Shown: positions 16,987 to 26,869, counted from the stretch's first letter. The stretch is 64,000 nt of DNA from Candidatus Sulfotelmatobacter sp. (GCA_030041415.1 JASHNX010000014.1:14161-78160); one strand, 5' to 3'. Numbers and translations are program-made. The notes: generated by a model from the sequence alone, not told the origin.

Positions 16987-19539
16987 CTACTGGACCTTTT
17001 CCTCGGTTTCAATGGTGAAGAATTGGAAGTCGGAATATTTGTGAGTGAGGATGGTTCGATGGACATCGTAGTCCCAGTAGGTAGATATGTTTTCCGGCAG
17101 CCAAAAGCCGTGGTTCCCAGATGGATCCTGTACGAGCCCATAATCGACGACAATCCCCAATCCCTGTAACCCAATATCGGGCATGCCGTTCAAGAGATTC
17201 GCCTCCAGGCGGACGACCTGAAAGTTCTGCGCGGAGATCCAGGCTCGGCCCTCGAACATGCCCGGAAGTGCTTTCCCGTTCGCCCAAATCTTTGCGGTGC
17301 TGGGCCTTTCCTTGCGCTGCCGGAAATGGACTACCCAATCTGCTTGCCCGTTTCTCTCGTCTGCGCCCTCGCATTTCATTTCATAATCGGCTTGCAGATC
17401 AGGTAGAAACATCAACGCTACCGCGGCGCCGCCCACATTTTGTCCTGCGGCGGGAAACTCGTGACTGCCTCTTACGGGTGTGCGGTATTCCCGGCTGGCG
17501 CTGCCGCCACCCTGCTGCTCAATCGCGTACACGTACTGAAACGAACCCGAATCGTACTCCTCCACCATCCCTGAGCGGTCCATCATGACGTAATCGATGT
17601 GTTCATGCGCGGTGAACTTTTGCAGATTCGTGGCCAGCGCTAGTGCGCTCGTCCCCGTGTTCTTGAGCACGCCGGTCAGATCACAGGGCGGATTTGCCGC
17701 GATCGACTTCAGTGGTTCGCCCACCTTGGGCGGCGACCAGCGTACATTTTGGAAGCTTCCGTTTCTCGATCGATCTATAGGCGGCTTACCAGGAATTGCC
17801 GTGATCAGGCTCCGAGCCGTCAGCTGTGCCTCCTCCGAATCTCGAACCACGCTGCGAACGCGGTAGCTTCCCGGTTTCACCGTAAACACCATCTTGAAGG
17901 TGAGTCCGGTTTGCTTCATCTTCTCTAGAGTGGAATCCTGCAGCCTCAGCGCAATCTCCTTCATCTCCCCGTTTACCAGCTGGCCGTTCGCATCGAACAC
18001 TCCGGTAGCGAGAACCAGGTCGTCGCAACTTCTTTCATTCACCTTCCGCAGTCGCATACTCCCGATGTCGAGATGCGTTAGGACCGCGAGCTCCGACGAG
18101 GCCGCATCGGTTTTGAGAAGCTCAGTCTGCACTTGCGCCGGCAGCCCCGCAATCTCGTCCCGCGAGTAGAGGGCTTCTCTTACCTCCTGTTTTGCCGCCT
18201 CTTCCGGATCACTGGGCTTCTTCGATGCGTAATATCCATCCGTTGCCTCGACCTGATATTTCTTGCTGTTCGCGACCTTTACCTTGAGTCTGTGGAATTT
18301 CCCGTCGGGAATGGATTCCTGCGGCCGGAATGCCAACAGATAGCTGAGTTCCGGCGCCTCCAGCGCGCGACTTACCGCCACGTCGAGATCATTTCGATTG
18401 TGAAAATATCTTCCGCCCGTGCCGGCTGCTATTCCCGCCAGCACTTGCCCCGACTCGAACTGCGACTGGACCCGGTAGATGGATTCCATTCGCTGGTAGT
18501 CGATTCCCCCGCTCTTGTAAGGTTCTTGCTGCGGAGTCGCATCAATATCCGGCAGCGACTCCGCCGCATATAAACCCCTAGCGTCAATGGTATTGACGAC
18601 CACGCCTGACCGGACGGCTTGCTCGATCCATTCCGAGTTGTTCTGCATCACGCCGTCAGTCAGAAGGAATCCCGGCGAGATGTACACGAGCACGCGCTGC
18701 CCAGGCATATCTGCCAAACGCTTCACAATCTCTCTCAACCATTCGTAACTATTGCGCGTCACCGCATCTGCCTGCTCCAGAATGGCCTGCGCCCTGACTT
18801 CGTAGTCGGTCCCGGTCTCGCAACCGTTTTCCATCGCATCGACGGCAGCAGTTTTTATCGCAATCACATCATGCTTATTCACCATCAGGTCTGCCTGGTA
18901 GTAACTGATGTTCGGGCAAGTAAGCTGTCCCTCGCCCTTGGCAGGGTGCGGAGTGATTGCGGCCAACGTCTTGCGCAGGATCTCTGCGTCTGCCGTATAG
19001 TCCTGCTGGACGCTCCCTTGAGTCGAATAAATTGCTACACGATCGCTGGGCGTCAAACTCGCAAATAGCTTTTTCGTGGCGTCGTGTACGGCCATAGCGT
19101 CAGCAGACTTCAAGTGGGAATCGTCGAGAACGAGCGCCAGGAACCGCTGCGGCATTACCGGCGGATTCGGAGCAGCAGGTCCTGCCTCACTTCCCGTTTT
19201 CCCGCCGGGTTCTATAGTTTCCGGGTTTTCCGCCTTCGGTAGCGTCTCCTCCGTCTCCACGTTGAACGCCGCGATCTTTTGTTTTTTGCCGTTATCGAAT
19301 ACCTGAAAATCATCCTGTTTCAGATCTGGAACGATCTTTCCGGCTCCGTCCCTTACCACCACCCTAACGAGCACGAGATTCACCTGCACTTTGATTGCGG
19401 CGTCGGTGTGCAGCGATATCTCGCTCTCTGCCTGGTCAGTCGTCGCGGGCTTACCTGGCCGTCCCTGCTGTTGTGCCAGGGCGCCATTTACCAACACAGC
19501 CGATAGAATCGCCTGCACTGCGATCCAACGACGCCGCAT
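16987..19539 (-). CDS. secreted VWA-domain protein with acidobacterial VWFA-related N-terminal domain, long form
   Basis: ATG at 19539 is preceded by GGAGGA. The signal peptide is MRRRWIAVQAILSAVLVNGALAQQ. The N-terminal region is VNLVLVRVVVRDGAGKIVPDLKQDDFQVFDNGKKQKIAAF. A VWA-like region contains LALVLDDSHL and DRVAIYS. The C-terminal ~330 aa have no motif I recognise. Confidence 0.7.
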   Translation of the reverse strand: MRRRWIAVQAILSAVLVNGALAQQQGRPGKPATTDQAESEISLHTDAAIKVQVNLVLVRVVVRDGAGKIVPDLKQDDFQVFDNGKKQKIAAFNVETEETLPKAENPETIEPGGKTGSEAGPAAPNPPVMPQRFLALVLDDSHLKSADAMAVHDATKKLFASLTPSDRVAIYSTQGSVQQDYTADAEILRKTLAAITPHPAKGEGQLTCPNISYYQADLMVNKHDVIAIKTAAVDAMENGCETGTDYEVRAQAILEQADAVTRNSYEWLREIVKRLADMPGQRVLVYISPGFLLTDGVMQNNSEWIEQAVRSGVVVNTIDARGLYAAESLPDIDATPQQEPYKSGGIDYQRMESIYRVQSQFESGQVLAGIAAGTGGRYFHNRNDLDVAVSRALEAPELSYLLAFRPQESIPDGKFHRLKVKVANSKKYQVEATDGYYASKKPSDPEEAAKQEVREALYSRDEIAGLPAQVQTELLKTDAASSELAVLTHLDIGSMRLRKVNERSCDDLVLATGVFDANGQLVNGEMKEIALRLQDSTLEKMKQTGLTFKMVFTVKPGSYRVRSVVRDSEEAQLTARSLITAIPGKPPIDRSRNGSFQNVRWSPPKVGEPLKSIAANPPCDLTGVLKNTGTSALALATNLQKFTAHEHIDYVMMDRSGMVEEYDSGSFQYVYAIEQQGGGSASREYRTPVRGSHEFPAAGQNVGGAAVALMFLPDLQADYEMKCEGADERNGQADWVVHFRQRKERPSTAKIWANGKALPGMFEGRAWISAQNFQVVRLEANLLNGMPDIGLQGLGIVVDYGLVQDPSGNHGFWLPENISTYWDYDVHRTILTHKYSDFQFFTIETEEKVQ

Positions 19540-19790
19540 CACGGTCCTCCATTCAACGAGCAGCGCAGTTCCGCGTACCCCGCATCGGTAAGCGGGTTCC
19601 TACCGCCATTATCAAACTAGTCCTCATCGAATGAAAGCAACAGCACGGGAGTCAGATGCTCCCGGGTTTAAGGCAATATCCCCGTTAGACCTATTTCTTC
19701 TGCAAGGCGATTGGATACGCGCTCCCCAGCCAGGCCGTGACTTGAGTGGAGAGCGCGTGCGATGACGGTTTCTCTCTGGTTGAATCCGGT

Positions 19791-20510
19791 TTAGGCGACG
19801 GATTCCCGAGAAACAGCGGAGGCCGAACCCCGAGCGGCTTGTTCGATGAGAGACGCGACTGCGGCCGGCTGAGAGACGTACACCGCGTGACTTCCCTTGA
19901 CCTCCACGGCCTTTGCGCCAGCCCGTTTTGACATGGCGCGCTGGGCATCGGGAGGAATCATGCGGTCTTCTGTGGATACCAAGTACCAACTCGGTTTCGA
20001 TTTCCACGCCGGCTGGGTGACTGCACCGGCGAGCGCCTGAGTGCCCCACGGCACCTGAGAATCAGCCATGAACGCCGCCAAGTCGGAGTCTACATCTCCG
20101 GCGAAAGAAGCCCGGAACTTCGAGCGGTCCAGGAACAAAAATCCATCCTGAGGCGGAAGGATTGGAGGCACCGGCGCACCGGGCGGAGGATTCTTGATCA
20201 AGCTATCGACGGATTCACCGCGGTCGGGTGCGAACGCCGCAATATAGGCGAGGCCTGCCACCTTCGGGTCGTTGCCTGCTTCGGTGATCACTACGCCGCC
20301 GTAGGAATGCCCGACGAGAATCACCGGGCCGTCCTGGGCGGCAATGGCGCGCTTCGTCACCGCAACGTCATCGGCGAGCGTGATGGTTGGGTTTTGGACA
20401 ATCGTGACGTTGTATCCCTTCGCCTTCAGAGCGTTGTAGACGCCATTCCAGCCGGATCCATCCACAAAACCTCCGTGGACGAGAACGATATTTTTTACGT
20501 CGTGTGCCAT
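19791..20510 (-). CDS. alpha/beta hydrolase
   Basis: ATG at 20510 is preceded by AAGGAG. Motifs are NIVLVHGGFVDGSGW and the nucleophile elbow LVGHSYGG. The gene is divergent from a LysR regulator. Confidence 0.85.
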   Translation of the reverse strand: MAHDVKNIVLVHGGFVDGSGWNGVYNALKAKGYNVTIVQNPTITLADDVAVTKRAIAAQDGPVILVGHSYGGVVITEAGNDPKVAGLAYIAAFAPDRGESVDSLIKNPPPGAPVPPILPPQDGFLFLDRSKFRASFAGDVDSDLAAFMADSQVPWGTQALAGAVTQPAWKSKPSWYLVSTEDRMIPPDAQRAMSKRAGAKAVEVKGSHAVYVSQPAAVASLIEQAARGSASAVSRESVA

Positions 20511-20607
20511 AAGATTAATCTCCTTTTTCGAATTGAATCCCCAAACAATTGATTGATCTATGTACGTTTTAGATGGCCACACTCTCAAAGAGAAGTTCCG
20601 AATCATC

Positions 20608-20620
20608 ATCAATTATTGAT
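20608..20620. promoter_or_regulatory. candidate LysR-type binding site (T-N11-A palindrome)
   Basis: ATCAATTATTGAT is a 6-1-6 palindrome containing T-N11-A. It lies in the 122-nt divergent intergenic region, 13 nt upstream of the LysR ATG. Confidence 0.35.
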
Positions 20621-20632
20621 AAACTCTCAGTA

Positions 20633-21544
20633 ATGGAGTTTACCTCGCGTCAGCTGCGCGCATTTCACCTGGTTGCACAGCACCGAAGCTTCGCTCGTGC
20701 GGCAGAAGCTCTTTTTATCACACCTTCGGGGCTGAGTGTGTTGATCCGTGAACTGGAACGCCAACTCGGATTCCGCTTGTTCGATCGCACGACGCGGCAG
20801 GTGGGATTGACGGTTCAGGGAAGCGAACTTCTTGCAGTCACCCAGCCAGGGCTGAGGACGCTGGATGCCGCCATGCTCCGCATCGAGCATGCCGCCAGCG
20901 GAAGGAACAAATCTATTTCGATCGGAACGACACCCTGGATAGCCGCGAATGTTTTGCCGGAAGCAATCAGGCAGTTTCGCGAGCACCGGCCCGATCTGCA
21001 GGTCCGGTTATTTGATGGAGGGCTGGACGGGATATTGCGTAGAGTGGAAGCCGGGAAACTGGATTTCGGGTTGGGTATTTTTAAGCGAGTTCCCGGGATC
21101 CGGCGCGTGCCCTTCTTTCGTTTTTCCCTGATGGTGATTCGGCCGAATAGGGGTGGGGCGCCGAACGTCCCGGCAACGCGATGGTCCGCACTGGGAGGTC
21201 AAACCCTGATTTCGCTTACCAAGAATTATCCGCATCAGCAATTGATCGATCGTCAATTGAACAGGATGAGGTTGGCATGCAAGCGCGGTCAAACGGTGAA
21301 TTTGCTGGACACGCAGATTAGCCTTGTGGAGGCCGACCAGGGAATTGCCATCATTCCGTCGTTTGGCATGTTTGCATGCCGCAATCGAAAAGTGACGGTC
21401 AGCGAACTGATTGAACCTCTGGTGAACCTGGAGCTTTACCAGGTGAGCAATCGCGGCAAGAAGCTTCCGACGGAAGCGAAGGAGTTCAGCACATTTCTGA
21501 AAATGTACGTCGCAAGCTGGGTGGGGAGCGCAGGGGTTTTATAA
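20633..21544 (+). CDS. LysR-family transcriptional regulator
   Basis: MEFTSRQLRAFHLVAQHRSFARAAEALFITPSGLSVLIRELERQLGFRLFDR is the canonical LysR wHTH. It is followed by a C-terminal substrate-binding domain. Confidence 0.9.
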   Translation: MEFTSRQLRAFHLVAQHRSFARAAEALFITPSGLSVLIRELERQLGFRLFDRTTRQVGLTVQGSELLAVTQPGLRTLDAAMLRIEHAASGRNKSISIGTTPWIAANVLPEAIRQFREHRPDLQVRLFDGGLDGILRRVEAGKLDFGLGIFKRVPGIRRVPFFRFSLMVIRPNRGGAPNVPATRWSALGGQTLISLTKNYPHQQLIDRQLNRMRLACKRGQTVNLLDTQISLVEADQGIAIIPSFGMFACRNRKVTVSELIEPLVNLELYQVSNRGKKLPTEAKEFSTFLKMYVASWVGSAGVL

Positions 21545-21672
21545 AGAGTACGAGGGCAGGGCGCTCTTATCGGACGGCGTCACGCATCGCGGCTCGCTAG
21601 AAATCAGAATCACACCCACTGCCCCTGGTTCGAACGGGCGGGGGTTGAAGTCAACACCGGACAAGCGAACTC

Positions 21673-22203
21673 TCACTTCTTTTTCGGCTGCGACGTTGCG
21701 AACAAAGATGAGCCAATCAAGAAATGACCTTCCGCTTCATCCGACAATTCGAGATGCATTCGCTGATAGCTGAAGTTCAGACGCAGGTAGTACGTTTTTC
21801 CGGCCTCGGCGGTCAAGTGCATCGCTTCCCCAACGCGCTCGGACGACTTCTTGAAGGTTCCTGACTGCCATTCTGTGCAAATGTTGTGCTCCCCCGGGCC
21901 AACCTGGAAAAAGAAGTACGACTTCCCATCATTCGCTCCCACCCAATTTCCGTCTACTCCGACACGCATGGTAGGCGCGTTGACAAAGTCGACAAAAAAG
22001 TACACCAAAGCCTTGTCTGGTTCCTGTTGGCCAACAGGATGTTTCAGGTCCGTCGTCTGCACGTTGAACATCTGTCCGCTGGGGCCGCATCCTGCCCCTG
22101 TTCGGGCCGCAGCCGCGTCATCCTGCGGTACAGCCGGATCAGCCAGAACTAGCGACGCCCCGAGAAAAATGATCGAGCATAGAACGCGCCAGCGCGCTCT
22201 CAT
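21673..22203 (-). CDS. secreted DUF2846-like protein (paralog of 51460..52005)
   Basis: Signal peptide MRARWRVLCSIIFLGASLVLA. The core is RVGVDGNWVGANDGKSYFFFQVGPGEHNICTEWQS...AEAGKTYYLR. Confidence 0.6.
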   Translation of the reverse strand: MRARWRVLCSIIFLGASLVLADPAVPQDDAAAARTGAGCGPSGQMFNVQTTDLKHPVGQQEPDKALVYFFVDFVNAPTMRVGVDGNWVGANDGKSYFFFQVGPGEHNICTEWQSGTFKKSSERVGEAMHLTAEAGKTYYLRLNFSYQRMHLELSDEAEGHFLIGSSLFATSQPKKK

Positions 22204-22223
22204 CGTATGACTTCCTGTAACGC

Positions 22224-22394
22224 CTATTTGAGCTTTACGAACAGTAGAACGAAGATAGCCCATACTCCGACGGTGACGGGAAACTGCACCACTGCCGCAT
22301 CGCGCATGCCAGCGCCCCTAGGCAGCGCGTAGGTGAGCAACATCATGGCCAGGGCTGTGAGCACGCCGAGAATCAGTTTGCTTTTCCACTGCAT
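22224..22394 (-). CDS. small hypothetical membrane protein (56 aa)
   Basis: MQWKSKLILGVLTALAMMLLTYAL...VTVGVWAIFVLLFVKLK has two hydrophobic helices, with GAGG upstream of the ATG at 22394. Support is weak. Confidence 0.3.
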   Translation of the reverse strand: MQWKSKLILGVLTALAMMLLTYALPRGAGMRDAAVVQFPVTVGVWAIFVLLFVKLK

Positions 22395-22898
22395 CGGGTT
22401 AACCTCGCTTTCCCTTTTTGCCCAGAAATACTCTATTGGCCGCGCAGTATACGCCGGGACGGCAGCTTGAACAAGTCGCCAGGAGGCAGGCTTGGCGCGG
22501 GTGAAATTGCGGCAGAGATATTTACGCGATCGTGCTTCCACGACACGCATTTGTTTGCAGGTGAATGGCTTGGAAGAGGTTACTTCTACTGGTTACCCGA
22601 GGTTACTTCTGTGTGATTACGGATGAGGCGGTGAATTCTCGACCTTTTGCAAGCATGTGAAAAACAGTTTCATCGCGCTCGATCTGCGTACAACTTAAGT
22701 CAAAGATTCGACTACACCGTCGTTTGGCTGCAGGACTGCACTTATAAAGAAGAGCGAGCGAAACGCCGGCCTCACGAAGCAGCGCCGGGAACCGCGCCGA
22801 ATGTGGGGTCTGGCCCCGGCGAGGTTACCTAAACCGCGAGAGAAACCGGGTTTCGGAGCGCAACAGATTTATCCATTCGGCGGAGGCGTGAACAAGCA

Positions 22899-23546
22899 AT
22901 GCGTCGACTTCGTTTTGCTGTGAATTTAATCGTATTTCTCGCGGTCATGGCTTTGGGCACGGGTACAGCCCTGGCCAATTCGACGGTTAGTGTGAAGCTG
23001 ACCGGAGTGGGCGGCAACAACGCCGGAGGCGTTTATACCTATCCGTACTATTTGTCGATCAACGGCGCGGCACCGGTCGCCGTCATTTGCGACACGTATG
23101 ACAACGAGGTCATGGTTGGCGAGACCTGGAAGGCTTACAAGACCAGCCTGTTGAGCGGCTTGGGCATGTTCGGAAACGAATTGACCGATTACAAAGCCGC
23201 GGGGCTGATTTTTAAGAGCATTCTGAGTGGAGGCTTGAGCGCGAACGCCGGCAACTTTGCAATCTGGGGATTGTTCTCGAGCAATGCGCAGCACAGTTCG
23301 TACTTCCAGAGCAGCGGAGCGGCGGCGATCGAAACAGAATATCTGGCGCTGGCGAAAACGGCGCCGAATAGCGCGTTTGCGGGACTGTTTCTTTACACTC
23401 CGATTCCGGGGACGCAGAGCTGCGGCGGCACGGCGCAGGAATACATTGGATACTCTCCTGTGCCGGAGCCGGGATCGCTGGTTCTGTTCGGCACGGGCCT
23501 GATTTCTCTGGCGGGAGTGGTGCGCCGGAAAATTCTGAAAGCGTAA
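22899..23546 (+). CDS. PEP-CTERM sorting-domain protein
   Basis: N-terminal signal peptide MRRLRFAVNLIVFLAVMALGTGTALA. The C-terminal VPEPGSLVLFGTGLISLAGVVRRKILKA has the PEP motif, a TM helix and a basic tail. Confidence 0.85.
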   Translation: MRRLRFAVNLIVFLAVMALGTGTALANSTVSVKLTGVGGNNAGGVYTYPYYLSINGAAPVAVICDTYDNEVMVGETWKAYKTSLLSGLGMFGNELTDYKAAGLIFKSILSGGLSANAGNFAIWGLFSSNAQHSSYFQSSGAAAIETEYLALAKTAPNSAFAGLFLYTPIPGTQSCGGTAQEYIGYSPVPEPGSLVLFGTGLISLAGVVRRKILKA

Positions 23547-23568
23547 GAGTTCGCAAGCACGGCGAATG

Positions 23569-23608
23569 CCGCCGCGGTGGATTGTCCATCGCGGCGGTTT
23601 ATATTTTG
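23569..23608 (+). terminator. rho-independent terminator after the PEP-CTERM gene
   Basis: An 8-bp GC stem (CCGCCGCG 23569..23576 pairing with CGCGGCGG 23590..23597) is followed by TTTATATTTTG. Confidence 0.7.
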
Positions 23609-23639
23609 CTTCTGCTTCAGAATTCGGATTTTGCGACTA

Positions 23640-25121
23640 TTACTTCGCGACTGCCGGCGGCGGAGGGATGGTGATGTCGATTTCTTTCACTGTTCCCAAC
23701 GACGATAGAGGCTGATCGAATTCCTTGGTGTTGCCGACGACCAGCACCGCGAGCTGATCGCGGTGAACATATTTTTCCGCGACGCGCTTGACATCAGCGG
23801 TTGTAACTTTCTGAATCTCGGCGGGAAGCTTGTCGAGCCAGTCGGCGGGATATCCATAAAACTCGTAGGTCATGCGCTCGCCCAGAACTTTATCGGGGGA
23901 ATCGAGGCGAAAGATAAAGGCGTTCAGAATGGCGTCTTTGGCCTGTTTGATTTCCTGCTCAGTAATTGGCTGATTCTTCAAATTGTCGATATCTTCGTCG
24001 AGCGCCTTGATTGATTCCACGGTGCTCTGACTTTTTGTCGCAGCGGCGAATTCGAGAATGCCGGGATGGCCGAAGTTGGTGCCGATGCCGCCGCCAACGC
24101 TGTAGGCGAGGCCACGCTTGGTGCGAATGTCATTGAAGAGGCGCGAAGAAAAACCTCCGCCGAAGGCCTGGTTGAACACGGAGATGGCATAGTAATCCGG
24201 GTTGTTGCGAGTTGTGCCGAGCGCGACCATCTGAATGCTGGTCTGGTTCACATCTTCTTTTGCGATCTGGTAATAGCCGGGCTTGGCGGGAGTGTAGCTG
24301 ACTTCCGTGTCGGACAAGTCGCTGCCGCGAGGCCATGATTCGAATGCAGCGCGCAGCTTGGCTTCCATGGCAGTGGAATCGAAATCGCCGACTATACCTA
24401 AAATCATGTGATTCGGCTGGACGTATTTCCCGTGCCAATCGAGTAAATCCTGGCGCGTAATAGCGGCGATGGTCGAGTACTCGGGCTGACGAGCGTAAGG
24501 GTTCTCGGCGCCGTAGGCGAGTTTTGTGGATTCGCGCCCGGCGATGTCATCGATTTCGTCATTCCGGCGGGAGATCGCGTCGTAAGCCTGTTTTTGCGCG
24601 AGGTCGAGCTTGTCGGCGCGGAACTCAGGGTTGCGGAGGAGATCGACGAAGACCTGGAAGACGTCATCGAAGTCGCCTTTCAAGCACGACAAGCTCATGG
24701 AAGTGGAATCGGGACCACCGCTGGCTTCGACTTTGGCGGCGCGCACTTCGAGAAAGTCATCGAGCTGATCTCCGGTTTGGTTTTTTGTGCCGCCGGTTCG
24801 CCAGACCCTGCCGAAAATGTTGGCAAGGCCGACCTTAGCGGCAGGTTCATCATGCGAGCCGCCGCGGATGCGGGCGAAGCCGTCGATGAGAGGCAGTTCG
24901 TGATCTTCCTGCAGAAAAATCACCATGCCATTGGAGAGCTCGATGCGCTTCGGCTGCGCAGGATGAAAAGCGGGCAGCGGAGGCGTGGGAATCTGTTGCC
25001 AACTCTTCGCCTGGGCGAAGGAGTTGGGAGCGGTGAGCGCGGTAAGCAAAACGGCGAGGATAACGGGTAGAGCGGGCCGGTATAGGTTCATTGTGCGCGT
25101 CTTCATTGCGTGCGTTTTCAT
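23640..25121 (-). CDS. M16-family (pitrilysin/insulinase) peptidase subunit, probably the non-catalytic partner
   Basis: 493 aa with a signal peptide (LPVILAVLLTALTAPNSFAQA), M16 N- and C-terminal domain length, and no HxxEH motif. The ATG at 25121 overlaps the upstream stop (ATGA). Alternative ATGs lie at 25106 and 25091. Confidence 0.75.
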   Translation of the reverse strand: MKTHAMKTRTMNLYRPALPVILAVLLTALTAPNSFAQAKSWQQIPTPPLPAFHPAQPKRIELSNGMVIFLQEDHELPLIDGFARIRGGSHDEPAAKVGLANIFGRVWRTGGTKNQTGDQLDDFLEVRAAKVEASGGPDSTSMSLSCLKGDFDDVFQVFVDLLRNPEFRADKLDLAQKQAYDAISRRNDEIDDIAGRESTKLAYGAENPYARQPEYSTIAAITRQDLLDWHGKYVQPNHMILGIVGDFDSTAMEAKLRAAFESWPRGSDLSDTEVSYTPAKPGYYQIAKEDVNQTSIQMVALGTTRNNPDYYAISVFNQAFGGGFSSRLFNDIRTKRGLAYSVGGGIGTNFGHPGILEFAAATKSQSTVESIKALDEDIDNLKNQPITEQEIKQAKDAILNAFIFRLDSPDKVLGERMTYEFYGYPADWLDKLPAEIQKVTTADVKRVAEKYVHRDQLAVLVVGNTKEFDQPLSSLGTVKEIDITIPPPPAVAK

Positions 25122-26641
25122 TGGGCACCTCCACGAGGCGCAGAAGCTTGTGGCGGGGCGGTTTCAATCACGCCGATGGTGCGGTTCGTGTCATTGAAAG
25201 TTGCATTGGCGACGCGGCGAATATCGGCTTTGGTGACATTCTCGATGCGATCGACGGAGCGAAACAGTTCCCGCCAGTCGCCGTAGCGAGTCTGATAGGT
25301 GGCGAGGTTGGTGGCTAATCCTTCGTTGTCGGCCAGGCCGCGAATGAGATTCGCCTTGGCGCGGGTCTTGATCATCTTCAATTCGGCGTCGCTGATGTCT
25401 TCAGTTTTGAGCCGCTGGATCTCGGCGTGAATCGCGTCGGCGACTTCCTGCGTGCTGTGCCCAGGGAGCGGGAAGGCGTAAAACGCGAAGAGGTGCGGAT
25501 ATTTGATCCCCGGCAGGCCGGTGAACCCGGCGGAGTAAGCGGCGATTTTTTTGTCGCGCACCAGGGCGCGATAAAGGCGAGAGGTGCGTCCATCTGACAT
25601 GAGGTCGGTGATGGCGTCGTAGACGGCGTCATCTTTCGATAAGTAGCCGGGTCGGTGGTAACCCTCGAGATAGAGCGGCTGGGTTTGCTCTTTCAATTCG
25701 ACTCTGCGCTCGGAATTTTGCGGAGGTTCGACGGTTGTGGTTTCATCTGGCTTGGACCGCGCGGGAAGACGGGCAAAATATTTTTCCAGGATCGGCATGG
25801 CAGTGGAGGCGTTCACATCTCCGGCGACGGCTACGACCATGTTCGAGGGCACGTAATACTCATGGAAGAAATGCTCGGCATCTGTCGCAGAAAAGGAATT
25901 CAGATCGGACATCCAGCCCACTGTGGGGCGATGGTAGGGATGGGCTTCGAACGCGGCGGCGTTGAATTGCTCGAGCAGTCGGCCGATCGGGTAGCTGTCA
26001 GTTCGCATGCGGCGTTCTTCGATGACGACGTTGCGCTCTTTATAGAATTCGCGCAGCACGGGATGAAGAAAGCGGTCGGATTCGAGATAAGCCCAGAGTT
26101 CGAGCCGGTTCGCCGGCAAGGAATAGTGGTAGGCGGTTTCGTCGTAATCGGTGAACGCGTTCAGGTCGCGACCGCCATTCTGCTCGATGATTTTTCCGAA
26201 CTGGTTGGGGACGACATATTTCTGCGCGGCGGCGATATCGTCTTGCCAGGTTTTTTCTAACTGCTTTAATTTGGCTTCGTCGCGGCCGACGGGCTTGTCC
26301 CGCTCGGCAATGTACGCGGCGTAGGACAGCTCGACTTTTTGCAAAGCGAGTTTCTCGGCGGGATAGTTGGTGGTACCGATGGTGTCGGTGCCTTTGAAAG
26401 CCATGTGCTCGAACATGTGGGCAAGTCCGGTTTTGCCCATCGGGTCTTGCGCGGAGCCGGCATCGACGAGAGTAAAGAAGGAAAATACGGGCGCCTCGCG
26501 GCGTTCGCAGAGGATGATGGTCAGGCCATTCGGAAGCTTTTTTACGGTGACACGCTTCTCGAAGGAGGCGACGTCTTGTGCGGCGGCGAGTGCGGCGAGA
26601 AACAAGACAGAGGCAATCAGTTTGAGCGAGCGGCGTTTCAT
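25118..26641 (-). CDS. M16-family zinc peptidase, catalytic subunit
   Basis: The inverted zinc motif HxxEH is in GLAHMFEHMAFKGT. The ATG at 26641 (MKRRSLKLIASVLFLAALAAAQD) gives a signal peptide. It is translationally coupled to the downstream M16 gene. Confidence 0.85.
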   Translation of the reverse strand: MKRRSLKLIASVLFLAALAAAQDVASFEKRVTVKKLPNGLTIILCERREAPVFSFFTLVDAGSAQDPMGKTGLAHMFEHMAFKGTDTIGTTNYPAEKLALQKVELSYAAYIAERDKPVGRDEAKLKQLEKTWQDDIAAAQKYVVPNQFGKIIEQNGGRDLNAFTDYDETAYHYSLPANRLELWAYLESDRFLHPVLREFYKERNVVIEERRMRTDSYPIGRLLEQFNAAAFEAHPYHRPTVGWMSDLNSFSATDAEHFFHEYYVPSNMVVAVAGDVNASTAMPILEKYFARLPARSKPDETTTVEPPQNSERRVELKEQTQPLYLEGYHRPGYLSKDDAVYDAITDLMSDGRTSRLYRALVRDKKIAAYSAGFTGLPGIKYPHLFAFYAFPLPGHSTQEVADAIHAEIQRLKTEDISDAELKMIKTRAKANLIRGLADNEGLATNLATYQTRYGDWRELFRSVDRIENVTKADIRRVANATFNDTNRTIGVIETAPPQASAPRGGAQ

Positions 26642-26869
26642 TCGGGACTCCGAAAAATGGGCAAAATTCAGTTGCCGGCCAAAACTACTTAACAACGGCC
26701 TTATTTAGACGGACAGGTTCGGCGGAAGTTTGAAATTACGTGGGCTGGAGCAGGGTTGTCAAACGGCGGATCTGGAAACCGGCGCGGGAGCCAATGGGAT
26801 TGCTAAATAGACTGCGGCATTTCGCGTTCCGCCGGATTTCAGGCACAATGCCTGCTGGAGCAAGGGCGA

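Noticed and set aside
21617-21646. A tRNA-like GGTTCGAAC motif in the convergent gap after the LysR gene.
   Set aside because: The flanking bases do not form a 5-bp T-stem, and no acceptor, D or anticodon arms can be drawn. It is probably a chance match or at most a tiny remnant.
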